Part shown: positions 13,507-27,579 of the stretch, piece by piece
Layout of the letters: each line of letters starts with the position of its first letter
Numbering within the stretch: the stretch's first letter is position 1
Assembly (NCBI GenBank): GCA_907165135.1
Contig: OU015568.1
Location: forward strand, 7,750,001-7,814,000
Length of the DNA: 64,000 bases
Reading direction: 5' to 3'
Origin: Oikopleura dioica
Lineage: Eukaryota; Animalia; Chordata
The notes under the pieces: model-generated
Databases searched by the model: none
Told to the model about the DNA's origin: nothing
Seen by the model: only the letters and a program-made list of their open reading frames with translations
Made by a program: the position numbers and the translations under genes

Positions 13507-15345
13507 TCATTTTGAATATGGTCGACGATTCTCCAGATTTTCGGTTTGATTGTCGGTGCTGGATTTTCTCCCCTCAGCAGGCGGAGCAGGGCTAGAACTT
13601 GAAGCGCTTTTGTCTTCGGGAAGGGGGTCCTCTTCCTTGATTTCAGAGGATTCTTCTTCCCGCTCGCGAGCTAGAGAGGGTGTCACGTGGACAGTTGGCT
13701 CTACTTCAACGATCGACAAAGCCGACTCATCAGCGGTATCATCTAAGTTTTCGTTAGTTCGTGAAAAATATGACCTTTTTCTACCTTTTCCATCGATAGA
13801 ATCATCAGTAGTATCCTCCTTGTTTCCGGACTCCTTCTTTAATCTTCTCCTAGCATTCGCAAACCAAGTGCTTACTTGCGTCAGGGACATTCCTAAAGTG
13901 GAATGAATGATCATAAAGTTCATGAAAATAAACACCAACCGGAAATGAGTGCGAGCATCACTTTTTCTGCCTTAGTTGGGTAGGGATTTCTTGGATGTTC
14001 CTGGAGCCATGACTTGAGAGGACCAGTCGATTCCCGAGCTGTTTGTCGCCGCTGGATGGTACTTTGTGGGTGGAAGGCTAAACCACCGAATGGATAGCCT
14101 GTTGGGAGAAAGCCGGAGGATGGGTAGAGCTAGAAGTAGCCGTTAGTAGTTTCCTGGGAGAGTAATTATCGTAGTTGAAGAGTCTTATATGTTCCCAGGC
14201 TGCTCACTACATTTTTACGATTTCTACTGTGCTTAAAGTACCTCTAGTAAACAAGCTATTAAGCGACCGCTTCAAAGGCGCCCATCACCCCCGGTTTCCG
14301 ATGTCATTTCGCCTTTTTACACGATCATCCCATGGGAGACTCATTAAACTTTGCGCGAGGACGACACGCGGATTATCTGGCGCCTTCTCAGCCAAATAAA
14401 ATAATTAAGAAATGTACCTAAACCAGCAAAAGGGTATCAAGACTTCGGAAACGGAAATAGATGAGTTAGAATGATGATGATGATGATGATGATTACCCAC
14501 CCACCCGGGAGCTTGAGAACCTGAGCACATTTCGTAATTAGGAAAGGGCTCGGTAACCTGCGTAGTAAACCTGAGTCATGGTCTGAAAGATTTCCAATGA
14601 AAAGCCGCGTAGCGGCTTTTTGAAGAACAAAGCCGCGAAGCGGCTTTGCAAAGTCATCTTTTCAATCGATTGCGGCTTAATTGTCAAAAAAGACGCTACG
14701 CGGCTTTTCATTGGAAATCTTTCAGACCCTGACTCAGGTTGCCGAGCCCAAACATTGATTATGATCCTCAAGTTGAGAGGTTAAAATCACCCGGAGAAAC
14801 CGAAAAAAGGGAGGATTTCTGGAGCCTCCCTGATTCCGAAAGTGACGTGGATGATTTGCTAGCTGTGGGAACGCACTAGCGATGCCCTTTTCGCCTAATC
14901 TCTGTCCTTTCAAGTTAACATTATGTTACTTGTTATGTTTTTAGATGATTACGATGAGCCAGGCGTCCAGGTGACGGTTCCCATAACATTTTCAACACTA
15001 ACAGGTAATCATTGTGAATGTCATGGGTTTTTGTTTAATTCTTTATGAAAAGGTCTCGAGATTATTTTCAAGATATTTATTGAGTTTTCCGATATGTTTA
15101 CGGGACGATTTATCGATAGATATTAGCTTTAACTTACCGGACTTCCTGGAAGAATGGCTGGAACACGAACATCACTGACAGCTGGTGGAACTTGGGTTTG
15201 AAGCTGGAGCCTCTAAAATTTATGACTCATGAAAGCTCATTTTCTTCCTTGATTTCAATCAATATTTGCATTATTTTGTTAGGCCATAAATTATAAAGGC
15301 ACCGAATTAAACTGCACTTACATTGATATGTTCTCCAAAATTCAT
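13507..15345 (-). CDS. Irx: Iroquois (TALE-class) homeobox protein
   Basis: ARESTGPLKSWLQEHPRNPYPTKAEKVMLALIS|GMSLTQVSTWFANARRRLKKE. The two 5' exons (MNFGEHIN|RLQLQT..PGSP|) are inferred from phase-0 GT-AG joins and are less certain. Confidence 0.88.
14540..14750. mobile_element. Same MITE family, in an Irx intron
   Basis: gggctcggtaacctg ... caggttgccgagccc ends with internal AAGCCGC..GCGGCTT hairpins. Confidence 0.75.
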
Positions 15346-16975
15346 CCTTTCGGATTCTCTTTCTTGATTTCCTTCTTGCGCTATCTTCGATGTTTTCACT
15401 GCTCAGTTGCTGTTTTTGGCGAGGAGACTAATGCGGGAAGAAAAAGTTTAGTCCTTATTATGTTATGTTTTGAGTTGAGGGTGTAGAGCGGAAATAATAA
15501 TTTTAGATTTGGAATTGGTAACAAACGAGTTGAGCGCGGCGCTCATCACTCAGAGCGGTGCGTGTTACGCGCTCCGAGGCGCGCTCCCAAGTGGTGGCGC
15601 TCTTTCTAAAATTGCAGCTTGCAACTTTTGAGAAGAGACAACTTTTATGAAGAATAACAATGGTTAAATAGATAGCAATTAGAATACACTGGTTAGATCA
15701 GAAGACTTTTGCCGTGGGAGACTTTGAACAGCGTAATTGAGAAAAGTAATTAGACCTTCTTTGATTCAAAATATTGCCAATTCGAGAGCCAAAAATATTC
15801 GTACTACAGTAATGAGTAGATTATTCCCCTGTGAGAAAATTTATTGTTTATGATATCATCAAAAAACCATTCTATCGGTGTTCTTTTACCATCGTTTTGA
15901 CAATAAATTTTTCCATTGAAAACTCCTCTTTTTCCCAATTTTCAAACAAAGAGCCCAAAAAGAGCCAAGCAAGGTGCAATAAATGGATATACAAACTACC
16001 TATTTGAAGTCCTAATAAAATCCCGAGATCGTCGTTTTTCTGACCTTTTTCGCGAACAGAAACAAAACTGCACGCGTAAATAAAACAACTTCCTCTTCGT
16101 TTTCTTTCTAAATTTGCTCAAATTTGCTTCCGAAAAAACTTGAGCGCGCCTGTCGCTCGATTCCTTGTTGACCGGCTTCTTACGCCAATTTCCGCCAAAG
16201 CTAATGCCACTTTTGAATTGTCGAAAAATCAAGGTGATTTTGGGAATTATTCAAAGGTCAAGAGGACTAAGAAACTTGCTGGTACTCATAGAAATATGGT
16301 ATCTTCTTCATAGAAAATAAAAAAGGGGAGGGGTTAAGGTTAGGGTTACCCTGCGTTAGGTTTAGGGTCAGGCAGCCCCCTGCTAGCTTGATTATCTTGT
16401 TATATCTTGGGCGGCAGGTAGAAGTTCTCCGTTCTACAGTTCAAGAACTCAAATATCTGCACGCATATTCCGGAAGCCAAATGACAAAATCGCATCGATT
16501 AATCTGTACGCCCTAATTCTGAAAGACGATTACTGTTAGTACCGGATTCCGTACACTTTGGCGACGTACTGAATAAAGATAAAGACTAGCAGGGGCGAAT
16601 ACTTTCGCTCTTACTGTAAGTTGACACGTGACCGGATCACTTGAAATTCTGTATTTTGACAACGGAGCCGGTTATTTTTCCTGATAATGAATTTTCAAAC
16701 TAGTTCACTGCAAGTAGAAAAAGTAATTAAAGAATTTCCGCGGCTAATCCTCGTCGGAGGCACTTGTGCCCAAACATGCCCGGAGCGATAAGGGAAGCTA
16801 GTGAGGCCAACACGAAGGAAGCCTCGAGCACTGTGATAGCGATTACTGTAAACTTCCGGCTTCCGTTTCCATTTCGGGCAGGAAGTTCGGAGTTGACTAT
16901 CTAGCCAGTTAGTGGGTAATTTGCACCTGGAATCAACAGCAAATGCAGTAAATTATTGCTGATCTCTGAAGAATA

Positions 16976-19900
16976 CATCCTGACTCAGGTTCTACAGATC
17001 TTAAATGAGAAGCCGCGTAGCGGCTTTTTTACGAAAGAAGCCGCGAAGCGGCTTCGCTAAGAATTAGTAATCTATTAAACTGGTTATGTTGCGAAGCCGC
17101 AAAAATGGGCTTCGTCCATAAAAAACGCCGCTTAGCGGCTTTTCATTTTATCGCTTAAAAACCTGACTCAGGTTTTCTATACGGAATCCTATTACTAATA
17201 CGGATTGCAGAGCGCAGATCCAAGAGGAATAATCAGAAATAGAGCACCAGAATTGCGTATTGAAAGAAGAACTAACGGAGTATTGCTGGAGCCGATAGCT
17301 TCCATCACTGGATGCCCCATATTTCCGCTTTCCGAAGCACAAATGAAGGCAGAATAAAAAAGCTACTCGTCTGATGGTTGACAGTGTGACTGTATCGAGG
17401 CGGCGCTGTCAGCGGCAGTGAAAACTTCCGGCGCGATAGCTGCTCGATCAAAAGCGCTTGAATCAAAGAATCGTTGATTGTGCTGTGTTTCTTTATTCGC
17501 GAATGGATTTTGGAAGTTTTTGACTTGTTCCATAATCGCTGTGCGCCATGTCAGGCGCATGTTCGATAATGCAAAAGTCTACTTCCGATCCGATTCACAG
17601 TATCGCGCCGACATCAATCAGCAAACAACTTCCAAGACACACAAACCGGGCAATGCACTTCCGGAGCACGCCTGGGAAAATCCACAGAATACAACTTTCC
17701 ACCAGAAACATTTTAATCCGAACCGGAACTAACAATTCATCTAAAGCTAATTTACTGAAACCCCATTTAACACTCACAAGGTAAGTTGATATCTCGGCAA
17801 CCTGTGTGAAAACCCTGAGTCAGGGTTCGGAAAGAAAAACAAAGTGGAGTACTGTAGCCTTACAGTAATCTGAATATCTGTACAGAACTCGATAAAAATA
17901 CAAAACTGGCCCTTGAATCAATGTTTTTACAAGAGAAAGTAGTGTAGTTGTACATTCAACTCTTGTGTGCCCAAGTAATTCGTCAGAATTGCCACTCATC
18001 CAGCTCAAGTGGTAGGTTTTATTTTCACTACGGGCTGCTTTCTATACAAATCGAAAAAAGCGCGTTAGGCACACACGCACCTCGGCAGACAATGGCCTAG
18101 AAGAGGGCCTCGGAAGTGGCACTCGCCTCGGGGGCAATCAAATTAGCAGTCAGTAATTTGTCTCTTCGCACCTTGTCTGGAACGTGTTTGCGTCTTGCCC
18201 TGCGGCGAGTGTTTGCACGCTGGGCGACGGGAGATCGCGAAAAATGGAGCTGCTCGGGTTTCCGCTCAGCGGGTGATTTGGGTTGATGATATTGTTGATT
18301 CAGGAAGTGGGAAGAAAAACAAATTCTCATCAGGTGATTTTCGCGCGAATTTGTTTGCCAAGGACTTCGATCGGAAGGGATTTGAATGTGCTGATTTATG
18401 GTTATTACTAAAAAAATTATAGTATAAATTTCTCCTTGAGGATTTTACCTTCGAGAAATTATCTCTTTGAAGTACCCCATTCGGAATATTTCTATTTACC
18501 AGGAGCTGTCTAAGCAACAAGTAGCACTGCGCCAAGATCAAAGCTGCAACAGACAAGCGTGAGATGCGAAAAAAGTCCTACTGTGTGTTGACTCCCTGTT
18601 TTCAAGAAAATTCTCAGCTTTCCGCTCACCCTTCGCCCCCCACTGTACTTCCTGGCCAGAAGAGTATCTGCTTGATATCCAATGCAAGTTCGATAGCATG
18701 GTGGGTCCAGAATAGCAAGATCTACAGACAGTCTTGTTTGTTGCAAACAATTAAGGTCTTCAAGGTCGTGTTTAACAAATGTAATCGGAGGTTTGCCAAC
18801 GGAAGTGACACAAATCAACGAGAATTCTGACACATGTTTTCTCAGATAGCAATATCATCGAAAAAGATGTGAAACATTTCTTTTCATAAATGATCATAAC
18901 TTCGTATTTGCTTCACAGTTTTTTCTGTTACCACGAAATCTGATGATTATCAAACTTTCTTTGGAGCCCAGTGTCACCCTTCTGCGGCGTCTAAAAGTCC
19001 TCCAGTAGCTGATTCGTATTCACTTTGATCTGGGCGGTAGTTACTTGTTGACAGGTTCACAAGGAGGCAAACAACAAGGACCGCTCCTGACTAGATCAAC
19101 AAGCACGGGCAGATTGGCCCTATCGAATGTCACTACCGCTTCCGGCTCTTTTATCTTTCCTAGCTACTCCAAGAACTAAAGTCTACGAATATTCAAATAT
19201 TGACAGAAATTGCTTACTTTGTACTTTTATACCCGTTTTCTTCCTTGATTTCAATTCTTATTCAGAAGATTCAAGAAAAGGTTAAAGTTTTTATTTATAC
19301 AATATTTGCTTCTCGAATAGATTTGCTCTACCAGAAGGCTGTTTCAGTAGTATTGACGTATTCAGTACATTCAGAAAATAATTAGTAAAGTAGCTGTACA
19401 GAAAAAGTATTTCTTTGTGAATCGAACTTGCTTGCGCATTTCAAAAAGGAGAATTGGTGAACGCGGCAGCTGAAAATTAGAGCGGTAATCAGTACACGAT
19501 CGCTTCGTTAACCGTCGCTTGCTTTTGGAAAGTCGACTGTGGTCGCACAACGATCGTCTCGTACGGCGAGAGCACAACCTGAAGATGCGTTTAGAGATTG
19601 AAGAGGATGGTAAAGATACCTTATCGGTGCTTGCTTTTCGGATCGAAAGTGGGGATGCATGAGCTTTGCCTGGTGTCACAGAGTTTTTCTGCTGAGCGAG
19701 GTATTGATTCACTCGGTTGTAGTTTGCCTAAATTTTGACGATTCCAATCGATATTTTTTCCGCTAGAAATTCACCTGCTGGCAGCTATGGGAAAGCCAGT
19801 TGCCATCCTTGCTCCTCAATGTTCCATTAGATCTGCTTGAATGAATGGATGTATTATCCCCATCCGCAATCGACTTTCTTTTGAAGGAAAGATTCGCGCT

Positions 19901-22900
19901 CTTCTTGGAACCTAAACTCTTAGCGCCAAAACTACCTGTGATCGAATTTTGCCTGAAGATGTCCCTTGGTCCGACTTTGCGTCCAATCTGGCTCAGCGAC
20001 TAAAAATTAATTGAATAGGCGTAATTTCGTGGCGTAATTAAGCCGCTCGAGATCAAACGTTGTGAATATTTTTGAACCTAGGAAGAAAAGAGGGCAAATA
20101 GGCTTACCTTGAATGTGCGCAGACTGAGGTGACGTTTTGGAGAGCGGATTTTAATAATGGGCGTTTATGGGTACACGCTGCTGAAAACAAGAGACCCCGG
20201 TAAAAACAGGTTAAAAATATATTTTCGAAAATTTTCCGAAGCCGCTCAGCGGCTTCGTTGTAAAAGCCGCGACGCGGCTTTTTATTTTTGATTATTTGAC
20301 CCTGACTCAGGTTTTGAGCCTCAGGTATTATTGCTACCTTTTTATTAATTTGTCTTATTACAGTAAATACAGTATTCTTTTTCGTAATATTAAGGGACCC
20401 AAAGGACATAAAATCAAGGCGCTAGAAAAGGTGCCCTCCCCACAAAAATCAAATCTCTGGTCCAGCAGAGCTTAAAACCACGTCTAAACAATCAAATTTT
20501 GCGATTTAAAATCTACCGCAAGTTTTTGATGGGAAGTGAATCAAAGCGCAAAAATGCGCCCAAAGAGGATTATTTAAATTTTCCAAACGTGTCTTGACAG
20601 GCTGCGAAGTGAGTTCTTTCTGTTCAGGCGCGGGCTGTCCGAGACCATTATCAGTCCACCTGGGAGACCTTCCGGAACCTAAAAAATAGGGTTAGAAGTT
20701 AAGAAAAATCTTCAATTTTTGGGAATTAGGGTCATTTTTAGTGGAACCCATTTGAATAACGGGGGAAAAGTTGGATAATCTATAATATAGATTCTATATA
20801 TTAATTTAGTTTTTCATGAATTGAAGGGCTTCAACCCTGAGCTCGGCAACCTGTGTTGGAAACCTGAGTCAGGCTCTGAAAGAAATACTATCAAAAGCCG
20901 CTCTTTTAAAGCCTGAGTCAGGTTTTCTACACAGGTTGTCGAGCCCAGGCTTCTCCAAAATAAAAAAAGAAATAAAAGAAAGTAATTATGAAAAAATAAA
21001 TTAAAATTGAAAAAGAATTTGAATTTATTCTTTCAAAAAATTTTCCACGAAAAAATGTTGTTCAACTGACGCGGCGAAAAATCGCCAGGCCCTGAACAAC
21101 GGTACCAGCCAAACAAACACATGTTTGAAAATCATTTCTTGTCAATTGAATAAGTTGGGCCCAGTTTCCTGACTTCCGAAAATTTTTTACGTGGAACAAC
21201 ATCTTGTTCTTGTCGTTCTTTTTCTCGTAACGGAATTACCGACTTTTCGGTGACGATTATTTTACTTGTCTTTTTTTTCTCGAATGAGAGCCTTAATCCT
21301 TTAGAATCATCCTAATCCTGAATATAGAACCAGTTTTTAACTTGGCGAAAAATGCGAATTGCTCGCTCGTCCACGTCGCCAAAATAAGACGCCTCTAACT
21401 TGAGTAATTATGAAAACTGTTTTCGTAATTATAAAAGTAAAATATACCGAGCCGAGCCGTTTTGAGAAACCGCCAAGGATAACCCCGGTTCGCACACTGC
21501 GGTTCACGATTGGAACCGCCACTTTTCAAATATTTCAATATTTTTCGCTAATTAGACAACTCATGAGTGAACGAGCGAAAAGCCGCTTGCGGCTTCGAGA
21601 AAAAAAGACAATAGCCGCGCTGTGCGCGGCTTTTTCTATTTAAGCTCGAAGCCGCAAGCGGCTTCTCGAACGCATATATGAGCGTTTTTGTAACTGAAAC
21701 GCAAATTTTGTGTAAAAGTGCTGTAACAGGTTAAATTTTAAAATTTTCGGTGAACGAGAGGTAAATTATTAAAATATGAAATGTGACGTGTTCGGGAACT
21801 ACGCTCTGTTAATTTGGCTCGGCCTTTTTCACTTCCCCAATTCTTAATCGGGCGAAGGAAAAGTGACATTATCTGACATTTTAACCAATCTATGCTAAGT
21901 CATTTTTAAACTTTCAGATTATTCAATATTGAATATTCTAATAAGGAAATAAAAGCGAAACTGACCTTAAAATTGGGGTAGGGATTTGAGTGGCTTCCTC
22001 CTTTTTTCTTGAGCGGTTCTTTGTAGGGCGAAATTTCTTTTTCCGGAAATTCGAGGTCTTCTGAAATGGCGATGCAGGAGGTCATGTCGGAGACGCATTC
22101 GCATCTGAACACAAGATGTTAAGATCTGAAATGCTAAAAGAATCTAAAGAGCCAAAATGAAATCGTTTTTTATAAACGAAGCCGCGAAGCGGCTTTGCCA
22201 AAAATCAATTATAGATTGACATGGAGCTTTCTCTATAATTTATTTTTGGCGAAGCCGCTTCGCGGCTTTGTTTATAAAAAAAGCCGCTACGCGGCTTTTC
22301 ATTAAAGATTTTTCAGACCCCCCAGAGGTTTTCCTCGTCTGACCCACGTGGGTGAGGAAGGGGAACAGCTGATTAAGAACTGCTTTTAAAAGTTCATACC
22401 TCCTGATAGCTTCTATTCGGAGGCATAAGCCGACGATTATCCCCGTCAGTCCAGCGAGTACAACGCAGCCGAAGATAAATGGAGCGAAGAAGTCAGGTGC
22501 CGCTGCCTCCTCGATTTCTGAAAAGGAAGTAGAGTTAGACTCACGTGGCGGCTGGTAGAATTAGAAAATAGTTGGCAGTTCTAATCGACGCTTTATGCTA
22601 ATGCGCACGCGGATGACTCTCGGTGGAAAATTTCAAATGTCAATTAAGTGGAATAAATGCATTTCATTTTAAATTGTCCTCATCTGGTTAGAAAAGAAAG
22701 GGTTTGACCCTTTTCATGAGTCATTGTTTTTCTTAAAAATCGGGTTTTCCAATATTTTGGCAACTTTGCCCCAACGGGTTAATGGTTTTTTTTCTAGGAT
22801 AGAATCTAGGAATCAGGGTTTCTAGCGTTGACAAAGCGTGAAAATAAATATTTTCAAAAAATATTTACGAGGATGAGCTAATTCCACGCTTCTGGGGAAT

Positions 22901-25625
22901 CGCTGTTTTCGGCCAAGCACCAGCTCAGCTTTGCTTTGAGCTGAGCTGGAGCGCCAAAACAGAAAATAACATCCCGTTCCATCTTTCTTTTCAAACCACA
23001 ATGACTGGGAAAAGCTCACACCTAAACCAAAAATTAGTAAAAACTTGCGAAACTAAATTTCTAGCGCCATATTTTTCTCCCCGCAAAATCGAATAAGAGT
23101 GCATCTGTATGAATATGAAATACTGTTTCTAACCAGAAAGTGAAAGAAAGGGACTTTATTCAAATCCATTCTTGATTAAGAAAAATGCAAGACGCGGTTA
23201 AGGCGTCTGATCCAATACGAAAATAAAATAAATTCACGGCGGAATCTCGCTAGACTTGATCAATCTAATTTTCCTGATGAAAGAGGGACACACGTGGGAG
23301 GAACCAATTTTGGGAAATCATTTCGATCCAGCTCAATTATTTAGAATAGAATGTTTAGCTTTGAAATCTGATTTATTATAAGAACTTTTCCAGAGGGAAA
23401 TTCATAGAAGAGACCAGGGGTAGATATTTTGATTTCAAACCTCATTTCAAACCCCGACCAAATTAGGATGGCCAAATTGGAGTTGAAATGAGGAGTTGTA
23501 ATCAAAGTATCAACCCCTGGAAGGGACTCAAGAACTGGGCTCAGCAACCTGTGTAGAAATCCTTAGTCAGGGTTTCCGATCAGGGTTGCCGATCCCAGCT
23601 CAAGAATATCCATTTTCGTACAGTTGGAATCGTGTACTACAACCTGGATCCATCTTGATAATCAAATATTTTTCGAAATTCGCTCGAACGTGAAAACTTC
23701 TTAACCAATTTACCCAAATTACTTTTTCCAACTGGCGTTAAAATCAATTTGTTCCTCGAAATTTCGCGCGAACATCTTGATTTTAAAAATCAATCAAAAA
23801 AGATAATTCTATAATTTTGAAGCGCTCAAGTTGAGAAACACTCCTTTCGACCGGCTGGTTGCACTTTATCGAGTATTAATCCTTCTTCAGATTTTTTCTC
23901 TGATGAAATTTCAAATTTACCTGGTTGGCTTGGGTCGGTTAGAGCTTCGGCAGTGGGATTTTGCCGGACGCTTCTATGCGACTGAATTATGCTCGGCGCG
24001 ACGTAACCTGGTCGGGCCGCGCTGACAAATGTACAAACTTTTAAACGGTTCAATTTCATTGTTTCTTTTGTAGGAATTTCACGTTCGACAAATTAGTTTT
24101 ATCATCTATCTTTCAAAGACTTCAATAACTTTCAAGAGAAGCCGCTTGCGGCTAAAAGAAAAAGATTATTTTAGCCGCGCTTTGCGCGGCTTTATTAGTT
24201 CTTCGCTCGAAGCCGCAAGCGGCTTCTCGTTTTCACGAAAATCTTGAAGAATTGAACCACTTTCCTAAATTGAGCAAAATCAGCGACAACAACATATCGT
24301 CGGTCGCCAGTCGTTGTTGATTTCTTCAATCTCTATCTCTCGACGAGTGATTTCAAAAAGTACAAAAAAGGCACAACTATTTTCGGAATTTCCAAAATTT
24401 TTAATAGTTCAGCAAATCCTTGGCGCGACATCCGGCTGGCTTCATGTCCGCCTCGCGCCGCGGCCTAGGTGGCGCACTTTCGAAAAGGAGGAGAGTTCGC
24501 GATCGACAGAAAAGTCTGATGATCTGATCAGCTGACTACTGCAAATGTACTGCGAATTTCTCTGATTTTAAGTGCTAATCGAGCGATCCAAAATTCCGGT
24601 TCTGGAAATATTTTAAAATAATAAAGGATAAATTCAATGACATTTCGGCTCAAAAATCGATGTGTGTGAGGAATGTTTAGACAGGCGCCTATTCTCGGAA
24701 ACTATTTCAATTAGACATTTGAGTTCTTATGAGTAATTCTTTCTCGACAAATAAGACTCTTCCAGCTGTGATTTTGATCAATAAGATCTTTAAGATCATA
24801 ATATGAATCAGTTATGATTAGAGAAGCATTTATAACGTAGCCTTACGCTAATTAATCATCATTATAGCTTTGAGTCTCCTTTTAAAAATATTTCAGGTGC
24901 CCTGTTAAAAAAATCATGTCATAAGAGTTTCTACAAATTTTCGGGAGAGAAAGGTCAGCTGGCATGTCGGACACGCTGTTCACATCAACACCACATCATT
25001 TGGGAAACTCTTTTTCCTCGAAAAACACAGAATTCAACAAATTTAAGATTTTTTTCATCTTCTGTTTTTATTTCTGAATCAAGGGTCAAACTTTAATTTG
25101 TTTTGGGATTTTTTTCTGGCGCTTGAGAGGAATGAGCTTTTGCGACTTGACCGCAAAGTTGAGCGCCACGCATTGGATGAAAATGCCGAGAATTTCGAAG
25201 ACGATGTCGGTCGAGTGCTCGTGGTACTGCCATTTGATGTCGGTACAGTTGATCATCTCGTTGGTGAATTCTTCTTTTTGCACTGGCAGTTTTGCGTATT
25301 CTGATAGCTGGTCAGTTGATGCTTTGTTTCAAGGTTGAAAATTGATCAAAATGAGAGGAAAAGAGCTGAGAACTTGGGCGAAAACCTGTATAACCTGAGT
25401 CAGGGCCCGGAATGAAATTTAAGAAAAAGATTCAAAGCTCATTCAGGACCCTGACACAGGTTTATTCACAGGCTTTTAGCTCAAAATCAGATCTGAGCTC
25501 AGCAGCCTGAGTAGAAAACCTGAGTCAGGGTCGGTTTCCCGTCTTCGCCAGAATAAAGATAGATTTGAATCTTAATTTAGAAAAGACCCTGACTCAGGTT
25601 TTTTACACAGGTAGCCAGGCCTAGG
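16976..25625. repeat. Cluster of about 10 full or partial copies of the same MITE family (about 16976-17175, 17795-17830, 20200-20325, 20838-20948, 21575-21670, 22175-22330, 23535-23600, 24135-24230, 25370-25480, 25495-25625)
   Basis: Recurrent cctgagtcagg/cctgactcagg, ctcggcaacctgtgtagaaa and aagccgc-n3-gcggctt motifs. Confidence 0.75.
18097..23015 (-). CDS. Probable multi-exon single-pass membrane protein; exon structure unresolved
   Basis: Phase-1 join ..RSVELAHP|QIEEAAAPDFFAPFIFGCVVLAGLTGIIVGLCLRIEAIRR| (hydrophobic exon about 22396-22520), followed by basic Ser-rich exon-like blocks with GT/AG edges down to about 18.1 kb. Confidence 0.3.
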
Positions 25626-26200
25626 TTCAGATTCTAATTATCAACGCTTGATTCCTAGATATCTGACATCATACACGAATTTGATCGAGTAGCAAATTAG
25701 CGTGAAAATCGCCGTTACGAAAAAATATGAGTACGTGGTCGTCACTTCGCTTGGTTGAATTCGCATCACTAAATACGGTTAGTATTTTGCGCAAACAAAT
25801 TTTCTCGCTCTTCACCTTTATATTCCTCGCTCGCTTCTTCATCGCGGTGGTTGGTCTTTTCGGCGAGCCGGGGCTCAAATCTTGAGCTGAAGCGATCGAG
25901 ATCTTTGCCCTGAAATTGATAATCAGTTAAATAAAGCCGCTCGCCGGATTTCCGTCTTTTTGATAACTAATCGCCGATTCGTATAACGTGTCTTCTTGAC
26001 CGTCTTCTCGGGTCAAGTTGATCAACGATCACGGACGGAACAAACGTTACCTCGGCAAAATAGTTTGTTTCTTTGATGAAACGGCCATGGAGACGCGCGG
26101 CTACCATCCCTACCACTCCGCCGAGAACATAGACGCAGTCGAACATCGGTAGAACTCGGTAGAAGAAATTATCGCAAAAGGGATGAGGAGCAAAGATCAT
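25086..26200 (-). CDS. Possible small multi-exon membrane protein
   Basis: Exon-like blocks GKDLDRFSSRFEPRLAEK..EEYK|VMRIQP..YFFVTAIFTLICYSIKF and ..DIVFEILGIFIQCVALNFAVK; no family recognised. Confidence 0.2.
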
Positions 26201-26873
26201 CTGAAAGCCAGCTTTGTCAGAAAATGCGCTAAAGCATCGTTTAAAACTTACATGATGAAGTATAGTAATGGTGCATAAGGTCAGCGCGGCAATAGCCGTC
26301 AGGCGGAAACAGCGAAAAGGGTGATTTACAATCCAACGCTGGAAATTATCCTAGAAAGAATTGCAAATAATGAATTACCAATTCTCAAAACAGCAATTTC
26401 AATCAACAAAAAAGATAAAAGAAACACGGGAAACTTCAAGACCGGAAGAGGGAGACTGTTAGTAATTAAGTTGTCAGTTTTTATCTTTGTTTTTCTATCT
26501 TGGTGATTTCCAGTAAAACTAATTTTGTAAAAGAATGTGCGGCAAAAAAGTGAATTCATTTGAGTCGAAGTCTAAAAGAAGCTAAGTGCATCTAAATTCT
26601 ACATATCGCTAGAACTTTAACAGATCTCGTACCACAATTTTCAGACAGTTTTGAATACCCTTTCAAACAAAAGTTCTTGAATTCGAAATTTTATAATTGA
26701 ATTTACCGAAAATCTCTTCAATTTTTCCTTCGTCGATGCATTTCTTATTCTCTCTTTTGACATCCTCTCTTTGTCTATTGTTTACTCTTTCCCCTTCTGA
26801 AAAGTCGAGAGGATATATTCTGTGGTCGTAACAATTCTCCGGTCTAATCTTTTAGGTAAGCTCTCTTCTAGGT

Positions 26874-27579
26874 GGTTACACGACGTTTTCAGCATACCGA
26901 CGTTTTCAGCAACCGACGTTTTCAGCCTACCGACATTTTCAGCGCTGCTGAATTCGTCGGTTTGCTGAAAACGTCGGTTTGCTGAAAACGTCGTTTTTCA
27001 CCTGTAAACGCGTGGGCGTTTAGAGAGGCAACCATTTTATCAAACTTCATCTGAAAAAGATATTTCCGTAAATCGTAAAATAACATAAAATCGATGTAAT
27101 ATTAATGAGTCAGTTACAAAGGATTATATTTAATAAAATTATTATTTTTATCCTTTTAAATATTGATTTATCATGATTTTCAATGTTTTAAAAGCATATT
27201 CACGAAACTGAATAATACGTTAATACTGTTAACTAACTGGTGACTATGATTATTATTATAATTAATAATTATTAATTATGTATTAAAAAAGATATTTGGC
27301 TTATCTTATTACTTTTTCAAAATAATGCATTTTTAATGACTCATTTAGAAATGCTTTTAAACTTTTAATTAGCCAATTAAATTCCGAGAACATCGTCTTT
27401 AGATCCATTTGTTTGAAAATTTCGTCAGTGCAAACGCCCACGCGTTTTCAGGTGAAAATGGATGTTTTCAGCAAACCGACGTTTTCAGCAAACCGACGAA
27501 TTCAGCAGCGCTGAAAATGTCGGTATGCTGAAAACGTCGGTTGCTGAAAACGTCGGTATGCTGAAAACGTCGTGTAACC
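26874..27579. mobile_element. Foldback/MULE-like MITE, 706 bp, related to 12526-13182
   Basis: TIRs of about 145 bp starting GGTTACACGACG with ACCGACGTTTTCAGC units; 9-bp TSD CTTCTAGGT at 26865-26873 and 27580-27588. Confidence 0.92.

Noticed and set aside
17148-17790. Overlapping short ORFs on both strands
   Set aside because: No consistent exon chain or recognisable motif could be built
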